Source of the DNA: Mobula hypostoma
Taxonomy: Eukaryota
Assembly (NCBI RefSeq): GCF_963921235.1
Contig: NC_086100.1
Coordinates: forward strand, 167,090,001 to 167,154,000
DNA: 64,000 bases
Direction of reading: 5' to 3'
The position numbers and the translations under genes were made by a program. Numbering within the stretch: the first letter of the stretch is position 1; each line of letters opens with the position of its first letter. The notes under the pieces were generated by a model, which worked only from the letters and a program-made list of their open reading frames with translations, did not search any database and had not been told where the DNA came from. Shown here piece by piece: positions 25,101 to 37,100 of this stretch.

Positions 25101-28100
25101 CAGAACATTGGATACTTGTCCTTTTAAGAAGACAAGACCAGCTTCATCCTTAACTTTGATCTGGCAGGAGGCCAACATTTTCTGTCCTTCTCCATTTGTC
25201 CTTGAACACAGCAGCTCATTATACAGAAGTACCACCAGGTTCAAGGACAGTTTCTACCTGTTATTGAACGGTCCTCACATACACTAAAAGATGAACCCTT
25301 GATCTCCCAACCTACCTTGCCAAGGCCCCTTGAACCCTGTCTATCTGCTCTGCACATGTATATCTAGCATTTTGTTTTATATTTACTACCTCAATGTACT
25401 TATGTACAGAATGATCTCTCTGGATGGCACACAACCAAAAGCCTTACACCGCATCTCAGTACATATGGCAATAATAATCCAATATAGATCTGTAGCGAGT
25501 TAACTCCATGATCCAGTTAGCTCTGGTATTACACTTAGATCCACGAGAATAATGGTGACAAATCCCATTAATAATGTAAAAAAACAGTATCCGAGATATG
25601 AAATGGGTTTAGAACACTAAGGATGCTTAGCAGATGCTGGATGTTCACAGCATTTTCTGATTTACACCAAGTCCCTTTCCCCACAGGCTTCAAATAAAGC
25701 AACTTAGATTTTTACAATAATAACCTTTTTAAATGCAGAATTAATTAATTGGCTGAATTTAAAAATTCACAGCTGTCACAGTGGGCTTAGTTCTGGAATA
25801 TTATCAGTCTACCACCACACCTCATGAATGTGTTTTTCTGTTAACACAGAGACAAGGTGATGCTTATGTAACTGAGGCCTTTGTCATCCACTGGCCTTTT
25901 GGATAACTTTGTTATCTGCCGTGGATCTGCAAATTTAAGGTTCACCTACAGCACACTTCAATGTTTTCCCCTGGGAGGCACCAAAACACTTGGATCACAG
26001 ACTTGTCCTAGCAAGCTCAGTAATCCAGAGCCCGGGTCCAGGGAGTGGAGATGTCGAGAGCTGTCAGAAGCAGGAACTTATATTGAACTCACTATATCCA
26101 TACACAGTTTATTTCCAGTGGCCTTGGTGCTTTGTACATATTGTTGTTATCAAAGGGATAACAGTTCTGTCCATGGGAATGATGACCTAGTGTCCCATCC
26201 ATATTGGGAGGAAGCTATTCTAACCAAATCTAAGGCAGCAGGCTTTTCACATGATCCCAACTCCTAATCAACTTCTAATGGGGACAGCACAGTAGCGTAG
26301 CGATTTGCATTACACTATTACAACGCCAGCAAGCCAGGTTCAATTCCAGCAGGTTTTCTCCAGGTCCTCCAGTTTCCTCCCACATTTCAAACTTACAGGT
26401 TAGTAATTTAATTGGTCACGTAGGTATAATTAGGTGATAGGGGTCATTGTGCCAGCTGTTACTGTGCTGCATCTCTAAATAAAATCAGAGTTGCCCAAGA
26501 ATTTCGATTAATATTCAAGACACCACTGAGGCCTCCATCAGCAGGCTTTGGGGTTGGGGCAATCGAGGCTAGGTTATAAAACCGGGGCCATTGCTGGCAA
26601 CACTTAAATCAGGTGGTGTCTACCCCATGTCAAACCCTGAAACAGGCAAATTCTTCCACATGGTTTTTATAGCCACCCCTCCGTGGACTCCGATCACACT
26701 TCCTGCTGCCTCAGGAAATCAGGCAACATAATCAAAGACCTCTCCCACCTTAGTCATTCTCTCTTTCCTTACCTCCTCCCAATCAGGCAGAAGATACAAA
26801 AGTTTGAGAACACACACCAGCAGGCTCAGGAACAGCTTCTATCTACACCTGAATGCATTTCTTGTACACAAAACATAATTCTTGATCTCTTGTTGTGATC
26901 CTTGCACTTTATTATCTGCCTTCAGTGCACTTTCTTCGTAGTTGTAAAACTATATTATGCAATCAGTTTTCCTTTTTACTACCTTGATGCACTTTGATCT
27001 GTGTGGATGGTATGTTCACTGTATCTCTGTACATCTGACAATGATAAGCCAATTATCACCTAGGACTCCACCTCACCTTCAATGACATCAGCTAAACCAG
27101 CATATTGATGCTACTTTTATCCGTAGATGCTGTCTGGCCTGGTGAGTTCCTCCAGCATTTTGTGTGTGTTGCTTGGATTTACAGCATCTGCAGATTTTCT
27201 CTTGTTTGTGATATCCAATGTATCTCCCACCTTCCCGAGAATGAAAGGTTTAGTTACATGAGGAGCTGTGGGCCTGTACTGGCTGGAGTTTAGAAGAATG
27301 AAGGAGGGATCTCAGTATAACTTATTGAATATTGAAAAGCCTAGATGGAGAGATGTGCAAAGGACGTTTCCTATAGTGGAGGAGCCTAAGACCAGAGGGC
27401 ATAGCCTCAGAATACAAGGATGTCTCTTTAGAACAGAGATGAGAAGAATTTCTTTACCCAGAGGGTGGTGAATCTGTGGAATTTATTGCCACAGGTGGCT
27501 GTGGAGGCCAAGTCATTGGGTACACTTAGAACAGAGATTACTAGGTTCTCAATTAGTAAGAGTATCAAAGGCTATGGGAAGGCCGGCAAGATAATTAAGT
27601 TGACAAGATAACTATTCAGCCACGATGGAACGGCAAAGGAGACTCAATGGGCCGAATGGCCTAATTCTGCTCTTTTATTTTGCTCTGGGTCCTGTTGCCC
27701 ATTCATCATCCTGTTTAAGTACAGCCTGCTGGACATTTATCAGAGTTCACATTCCACTGGAAATCTGGGGTGTCTTGGCAGATGGGGTGTAGCACCACTC
27801 CCTCCATATCCCCTACCATCGCCACTGGGTGCCCCAAAAGCAACGGGACTCCACATTCAGCACAAGGTGCAGCACTTCAAAGCAGTGGGTCACTCCCACC
27901 TTCTCAAGGGCAGTTAGCAATGGGAAATAAATGCTGAGTCCAGCAGGGACACCCAAAAACCACCTTTTGAATAGAAGAGCAACAGAAAAGGCACTGGAGA
28001 AACTCAATGGGTCAGGAAGCATAAATGGAGGAAAATGGACAGTGGACATTTTGAGTCAAGACCCTTAAATAAATTCTACAATATTCAGAAATCCAATGGG

Positions 28101-31100
28101 TATAAGGAAAAGTAAAGAACAAGAACTGTCTCTTTGGTCCACAGTACTGTGCCAAACCCATGACACCCAATCCCTTCAGCCTGCATGTGGTCCATATCCC
28201 TCCATTCTCCACACATCCATGTGCTTATCAAAGAGCCTATTAAACACCACTATTATATCTGTCTCCACCACCATCCCTGGCAACACATTCCAGGCACCAC
28301 TGCTCTCTGGGGATAAAAACCTGCCTCACATATTTCCTTTGAACTCTTCCCCCTCCCCCCCACCCCCCACCTCACCTGGGATACCTGCCTTCTAGTATTA
28401 GTTATTTCAACTCTGGGATAGAATTTGCTGGCTTTCTATCTACAACTCTCATAATTTCGTAAACTCTCAGCCTCCACCGCTCCTGAGAAAACAACCGTTT
28501 GTCCAACCTCTCCTTTAGAAGAGCCCCTCCCTTTTAGAAGGTTAATGCAAAGTTTGGGAAAACGAGCCATGGTGGAACATCGGCCACTCAATGGCAATGC
28601 GCACTTGTAACCTCTACGCATGAAAAGAGCAACATTGACATTTAAGAAATATTTTCAACAGTACCTGCAGGAAATCCTCCACCAAAGAACATGTTAAATA
28701 AATCTTCTGGAGTAATATCAGCTTCATAATTTCGATGAAATTCAAAGCCTCCATGCTGATAATTCCCAGGGGACTGGCCTTCACCATACTGATCATAATC
28801 CTTTCGTTTCACTGGGTTACTGAGCACAGCATAGGCATTTCCAATTGCTGCATAAAAAAAAAACATCGTGACATACAAAACTACCGATGATACTGTCTGG
28901 CTCCCCAACTGCATAAAGCTCCCACAGCACAATAGAGAGGGAGCTCATCCCAGCTCCCGCAGCCAATATTCAACCCTCAACTACTTAAAAATTATTGCTC
29001 ATTGTTACATGTGGGAGTTTACCATGCAATTATAACAATGACCACACTTCAGAAGGATGGATACAAGATTGGGTCAAAGAATGGGAATAAAAGACGACTT
29101 TCTGGATGGCTACCAGTGACTAGAGGTATTCCATAGGGCATCGGTGTTGGGTTGACTACTTTTCAAATTATATGTTACTGATCTGAATGATGGAAATGAT
29201 GGTTTTATCATCAGGTTTGTTGATGATACAAAGATAGGTGTTGAGGAAACTGAATTTTCTGATGGACTTGGACAGATTAGGAGAATAAGAAAAGTAATGA
29301 GAGATAGAATACTGTTTAGTGAAGTGTCTGGTCATGCACTTTGGTAGGAGGAATAAAGGCATAAACTATTTTCTAAAAGGGGAACAAATTCAGAGATTGG
29401 AGGTGCAAAGGGACTTGGGAGCCCTAGTGCAGGGTTCCTTGAAGGTTAACTTGTAGGTTGAGCCAGTAGTAAGGAAGGTTTCAAGATGACTAGAATGTAA
29501 AAGCAAGACACTGCATTACAAGGTGCTGGTCAGACCACATTTTGAGTAGTCTGAGCAGTTTTGGGCCCATATCCAATATTTTGACTAATATTCTGGTATT
29601 ATAGAGGGTCTAGAGGAGATTAGGAAGAATGATTCTGGAAATGAAAGGGTTAACTAATTAGGAGCTTTTGATCTCTCTGGGCCTATACTCACCAGAGTTT
29701 AGAAGAATGAGAAGGATTTCATTGAAACCTGCCAAATATTGAAAGGACTTGTTAGAGTGAAAGCAGAGAGATTGTTTCCAATAATGGGAGCATCTAGGAC
29801 CGGAGGGCACAGCCTCAGAATAGAAGGATATCCCTTTGGAACAGAAATGCCGAGGAATATCATTAGCTAGAGGGCAGTGAAACAGTGGAATTCATTGCCA
29901 TAGATGGCTGTGGAAGCCAAGACATTGGGCAGATTTAAAGTAGAGGTTTATAGGTTCTTGATTAGTAAGGGTTATGGGGAGAAGGCAGAAGAGTGGGGTT
30001 GAGTGGGAAACTAAATCAGCTATGATCGAATGGCGGAGCAGACTTGATGCACCAAATAGCCTAATTTTGCTCCTAAGGCCTTATTCAATAAGATCTATTA
30101 CCTCAGCACTGTGTTCCTCCACAAGCCTCCTGTCCTGAATTCCTAGTTTCTATCAACCTCCATATTCTCTGTGACTGACTAATCCCCCCATAGTCCTTTG
30201 GGGCAAATGTTCGCCACCCTGCGGGAAGGAATTTCTTCTCGTCACTTGGTGTCAGTAGCCATAAGGGGAAAAGCAAGGGTTTGGTTCAAGAACTTTGTAA
30301 AAGATGGGGCTGTGGGGAGTTATTGGCTCAAAAACTGTCCAGTGCAGGCTTGGGAAACAGTGCCTCATCTTCTCCCAGCACACTGCAGTTTTCTGGACTT
30401 GACACTAAATTCTACAACTTCAGGTTAAATTGATTTCTCGGTCTGCATCAGTTATTTGTGATATTGGGACAGTTTTTAAAAAAAACTCATAAGTAATACA
30501 GCATGGATACAGGCCTGTCAGTCCAACTTGTCTACACCCACTACGGTGTCCAGCTTCTCCTAGATTTATTTCCCCGGGACTGGAGGATGTGCCCAGCCAG
30601 TCACTTCCTCCAGCTCGGCAATTCTCAACTTCTACACTCCACTGTTCACAGTCTCACTCTCTAACTGCTCCCATTCTCTCACTGACTAGATCACTTTGTT
30701 TACAGATTATCCCCATGGTTACACTTTCACAGACATACTCCACTCCCACCCTCCCTACCCCTTTTAATTTCTCTCTCCTTCCCAGTTCTGAAGGGAACTC
30801 AGCCTGTAATACGCAATAGGAACAAACCTTTTGACCCACAGTTTCCGTGCCAACCACGATGTCAATTTAATCTAAACCCATATAGCTGCACAAGGTCTAT
30901 ATCCCTCTACTCCTTGTCTGTTCACATGTCTGCGAGAAGTCTCTTCCCATATATACAGACTGACCTGCTCAGTACTTCCTACATTTCATTTTTGATTTCC
31001 ATCACCTTCTGTGTTTTAATTTTGGGTTATTACAGAGTTACTGGATGTCCTCTGCACTGCAGGAAGAGGAAGCCATCGTGCACAGAGTGGAATACGTTTG

Positions 31101-34100
31101 CAAAGACACAGGGCAGAGATCACACCACAAGCAGAACGAAAAGAAAATCTCTAAGCTCACCTTTAAACGCCTCGGTCGCTCCAGGTGCATGGTTTTTATC
31201 AGGATGAAACTTCAGCGCCAGTTTCCTGTAAGCTTTCTTCAGATCCTCGTCAGGTGCATCCTTGCTGACCCCGAGGATTTCATAGTAATCTTTACATTTC
31301 TTTATCCTGGGTTGGAATAGTCAAATCACCATTACTAGCATGCTAATGCACAGAGGTGGAAGAGGTCAAGGCCTGGTGCCAGGCAAGTAACCTCTTCCGC
31401 AACGCCAACAAGACAAAGGGGATGGTTATCAACTTTAGGACAACTCACACCCCTCTTTACATTGGCGGCACAGCAGTGGAAACTGTGAGCAGTTTCAAAC
31501 TCCTTGGAGTGCATACCTCGCACAACCTCTCATGGCCCCAGAATACATCCTACACAACCAAGAAAACTCACCAAGGCCTCCGTTTGCTGAGGAGGCTGAA
31601 AGAGAGCTGGACTTATGCACATCTATACTTACAACCTTCTACAGATGCGCAGTAGAGAGCATCCAAACATGCGGTATCAATGCATGGTATAGAAACTGCA
31701 ATGCGGCAGACAGAAAGACTTGCAACAGGTAGTCCAGACTACCCAAAGCAACACTGGCAGCAGCCTACACACTGTCAAGGACATATATACAGAACGGTGC
31801 CAGAAAAATGCCAACGATATCATGAAGGATCCCACATGCACTGCTCATGGACTGTTTGCCCCGTTCCCATCAGGGAGGAGGCTGGTAGCATCCACTTCAA
31901 GCAACACGTATGTAAGTCCTGACGAAGGGTCTCGGCTCGAAACGTCGACAGTACCTCTTCCTAGAGATGCTGCCTGGCCTGCCGCGTTCACCAGCAACTT
32001 TTATGTGTGTTGCTTGAAATTCCAGCATCTGCAGATTTCCTCGTGTTAGCATCCACTTCAAGATCACTAGACTCAAAAAGAGTTACTTTCTCCCGTAGTA
32101 AGGCTAATCGATACTTCCACCCACTAACCCAACTCACAAAGCATCCTCCCCAATGCCACTTCTTTATCACTTCTTATCAGAATTAAGTACAGGCACACCT
32201 GCACCTAGCATCAATTTATGTACATACAATCAGTCTATATATATAATCTAGCTTACATAGAGATATTTATTGTGTTTTTTTTTATTATTCTGTTCTTTTT
32301 GTGCTACGTCAGATCCGGAGAAACAATTATTTTGTTCTCCTTTATACGTTCTCCGGAAATTACATGAACAATCTTGAAGTTAGCCTGTAGTATCCCAGAC
32401 CACGTAGCCAAAAATCAAAATCCCAACGGCAAAGTTCACCAAGTTGCAACATGGCTCACGCTGCAAAGGTCTCAACCTTTTCATTCTTCAGGAACCCTCA
32501 ACAAACCTCTACAGACCTCAGATTTCACCATTTAACAACTGACTGCATTTATATAGCACCTATAATGTGGCAAAACATCCCAAGAGGATTCACGGCAGGG
32601 GAGACGGCCTGACGTCATGTTACAGAGGGGTAAGTGATCAAAGGCAAATTCAAGGAACAAGGATTTCAAAAGCGTCTAAGGAAGTAGAAACAGAGTGTGG
32701 GAATTCCAGAGCTTGGGCTGTAGCCAACATCAGTAGACCTGCTTTAGCACCAACCCCCTGCGGGGCCCCTTCAAATCACTCAGCATCCCGATATGGAAAC
32801 ACAGAATGTATATCACCAGCCCATCATCCTCACTGGAACAGCACTGTGGAAAATCCTTCACAAGAATGGCTGCAGTGGTTGAGCGCACCACACACACCTC
32901 AGAGGGAAGGGCAATATTGCTGGCCTTGCCAACGATGCCCATATCCTGCAGATGACTAAATAAAAATGACAAAAGAGGCAGTGAACAACGGTGGAAAGAT
33001 GTTATTTTAAAAGCTTGAAACTGGAGGATCAGGTAGTGCTGAGGAAGCAGAGAGTCTGCAAAAGGATCTAGTCAAATTGGGAGAATGGTCAGAGCGGCAG
33101 ATGGAATACAATGTATGGTCACGTGCTTTGGTAGAAGGAAAAAAGGCACAGATTATTTTCTAAACATGGAGAAAATTTTTTTTAAATCTGAGGTGCAAAG
33201 GGACTCGGGAATCCTTGTGTAGGATTCCCTAAAGGTTAACTTGCAGGAGGAAGGCAAATGTAATGTTAACATTCATTTCTAGAGGACTAGAATATAAGAG
33301 CAAGGATGTAGTGCTGAGGCTTTATAAGGCCGTGGTCAGACTACACTTGAAGTATTGTGAACAGTCTTGCGCCCCTTATCTAAGACAAGATGTACTAGCG
33401 TTGGAGAGTGTCCAGAGGGAGATTCACAAGAATTATTCCGGGAATGAAAGAGTTAATATATGAGAAACATTTGATGACTCTGGGCCTGTACTTGCTGGAG
33501 CTTAGAAGAATTCGGGGGGGGGGCGGGGGGGAAGAGAAGAATCTCACTGAAACCCATTACATATTGAAAGGCCTAAATGGAGTGGATGTGGAGAGAATGT
33601 GGGTGAGACTAGATCTAGAACGCACAGCATCAAAATAGCAGAATATAGGGATGTCCATTTAGAACCGAGATGTGGAAGAATTTCTTTAGTCAGGGGGTGG
33701 TGAACCTGTGGAATTCATTGCCACATACGGCTGTGGAGGCCAAGTCATTGAATATATTTAAAGCGAAGGTTGATAGGTTCTTTATTACTCAGGGTGTCAA
33801 AGGTTAAGGGAAGAACGCAGTAGAATGGGGTTGAGAGGATTAATAAATCAGCCAATATTAGAATGGCTAAGTGACCTAAAATGACCTACACTTTTGGAGG
33901 CAGTAACAGGAGAAGAGAAGGATCGGAACAAAATTCAAGCAAACAGATATCCAACAGTCAATGGGAGAACAGTGAATGGTCATTCAAAACTGTAATCCAT
34001 TGGTCCAGAGCCACTGAATGGGATGAGATCAGAGCCAACGTTCATACAATTTGGAATGTGAAAATGAATTCTTCACATGTTTCTGCAACACCACATTTTG

Positions 34101-37100
34101 AGAGAGAAAAATATGTAGGTTTGTGTTCCATTTCAGGGTTCAGACAGAAAAACCAAGGCTGGAGATTTGGTGGAGTACTCCGCCACCATCTCCTGGTCAT
34201 GACAACACCGAAACCCCTCTGTTCTTCCAGTGGGGTCCCCAGAAGTCTGCAGAGTATAAAATCTAATGCTGACTGAGGAATTCAAGCCTAAGTGGATCAT
34301 ATCTTTCTTTAAAACTGTCATTACTAAAACACCTACCAATATCATCACCCATTGGCAGAAAGAGGGCTGCAGAGTGGAAATACAAGTAGACTAAACAGCA
34401 GAAGGCCACTTGGCTCCTGAAACCTTGCCCCAGCATTTAATGTGAACATGGCTGCTCTCCCCCAGGCCTCAAACTTGGTGCAATACCCCAGCTGTGGCCT
34501 CAGCACATCTATACAACTGAAACACTATTTCCTCATTTCTAAACTCCAATCCCCTATAACGGCCAAGGAACCATTTACCTTCCTAAGAACTCAATGCACC
34601 TGCCCGCTATCATTTGTGATTCACACACACAACACCGAGAGCCCTTCATACAGGGAACAGCAGAGGTCATTAGATCATCACTTTTTCCATTTAATTAGGA
34701 AGACAGGGCTTATGAGATTGCCTGGTTATCACTTTAACGAGCTGTATTCATTGGAGTTCAGGAGTATGAGGTGCAACCTTATTCAAATATACTAGATCCC
34801 AAAGGGGCCTGACAGGACAGAGTTGAAATGTCTATTTTCAGATACCATTCTAAAGGCACATGAATGTGCATGGAATGGAGCAATATGGATTGCTTGCAGG
34901 CAACAGATAATAAGCTTATTTCAACATCATCTTCGGTATAGACATCGTGGTTCAAAGGGCATGTTCCTATGCTATACTGTTCTCCATTCTCACGAGCGGT
35001 AGGGTCATGAACAAGGGGACATAATGACAAGGTAGGTAGCTGATCATTTAAAACGGAGGCATTTAGAAGTTTCTCCTCTTTGACGGTTTTGAAAATCTGG
35101 AATTTTCTGCCAAGTGCAGTGGAGGACAGGTTATTAGATATTTAAGGTGGAGACAGGCAAATTTGGAAGATCAAGGAATTGAGGACTGCAGGGAACTGGC
35201 ACAAACTGAGGCCAGTATAGATCAAGCAACATACATAAAAGTTGCTGGTGAACGCAGCAGGCCAGGCAGCATCTCTAGGAAGAGGTGCAGTTGACGTTTC
35301 AGGCCGAGACCCTTCGTCAGGACTCGAAGGGTCTCGGCCTGAAACGTCGACTGCAGCTCTTCCTAGAGATGCTGCCTGGCCTGCTGCGTTCACCAGCAAC
35401 TTTTATGTGTGTTGCTTGAATTTCCAGCATCTGCAGAATTCCTGTCGTTTGCCAGTATAGATCAGCCATGATTATATTGGGTGATGGGGCAGGCTTGAGT
35501 GGCCTACGCCTATTTTGTTGTGAGCTTTTCAATTAGTGGGTGTCAAACCAATCTCACTCCTTCTGTCCCACTCCTCTCCCCCAACCCACCTCCACCTCCA
35601 GCCTTCCCACCGGTCCTTCATTCCTGTAATAAGGTCGGAAGAAAGTCCAGCCTTGCACGGTTTCACTGACACACTCCTTTACCGCCAGCCATTCATACCT
35701 CTGAACTCCTTCCAATTGCTCACTCGTGTAGGCCTTTGCTGTCTCCATTTTCTCCTCCTTCTCTGGCATGGCCCCATTTTCAGCTGGGCCCGTAGACTTT
35801 GCCTGGTTAGGCTTGCCCGATTCAGGTCGCTGTCGCGGACCACCAGCAGCACTTCCATTCTTAGTGATAGCATCTATTAGTGCTAAAGGGAGCAAGAAGA
35901 TAAATAAAGGATATGGTTAGGGGAGAGGCAGGGCAGATCGATTCTGGGATAGTGAAAATTGAGAGATAAAGCAGCCTGGGTTTAAATCTGTGTGATCCTT
36001 TGACTCATGGTGTAATGATGACCTTTTAAACTACTCCAAGATCAACCTAATGCTTCCTTCCCACACAGTACTCCATTTTTCTTTCATCCAAGTCTGTAAA
36101 TTTCCCTAATGTATCTGCCTCTACCAGCAATCCCAGCAGTGTATTCTGGGCACTGACCACACTCAACGTAAAAAAAAAAACACACTACCTCTGACATCCC
36201 TTCCCTATACTTTCTTCCAATCACCTTAAAATTATGTTCATGCATAATAGCCATTTCCACCCTGGGAAAAACATAACCTTTCGAAGAATAAGCGATGATC
36301 TAACTGGTGTAGATCTTCATTACAGAACCTACGGGATAGACAGAGGGATACTGAGCACCCAGAGCTGGAGGTTACACTTCAGTACAGAGGCTCAACCATT
36401 CAGACTGAGATGAGGAGAAATTTCTTCATCCAGACAGAGAAGTGAACCTTTAGAATTTGCTACCACCTATCAAGGCTGCGGAGGCTCAAGTATTTTCAGA
36501 TCAGAGATCAATAGATTTTTTAGATAATAAGACAAACAATAGGGTTAGAGTGGAGGGAAAAGATTAACCGGTATCTCTTGGTAGCCAGCATTTTAATTCC
36601 ACTTCCCACTCCCATAATGACAAGTTGGTCCACGATATTCTACTGCCTCATACACTACCTTGGTAGTCTGCAAGCTGACAGCATGAATATTGATTTCTCT
36701 AACTTCTGCTAACCACTCTCCTCCCCCACTTTCACCCCAGCCCCCATCATCCCTTTCCACTGCTCTGCCCTCTCATTCTGCCTATCACTCACATATTTCT
36801 ACTAACAGTTCCCTCTCTCTTTATTCCATGGCTCACTGTCCTCTCCGATTAAATTCATCTTCTTCAGGTCAAGTCACTTCCACCTATCACCTCCCAGCTT
36901 TGTACACCACCCCCATTCTCTCCCTCCATCCCATCACCCCCATCACTTGGATTCATCAATCACCAGCCAGCTCTTGCTCCAACCTTGCTCTACCCCCACC
37001 CATTTTACACCCACTATCTCCCCTCTTTCTTCCTAGTCCAGATGAAGATTCACAACCTGAAGCGTTGACTGTCGACTTCCCTCCATAGATGCTGCCTGAC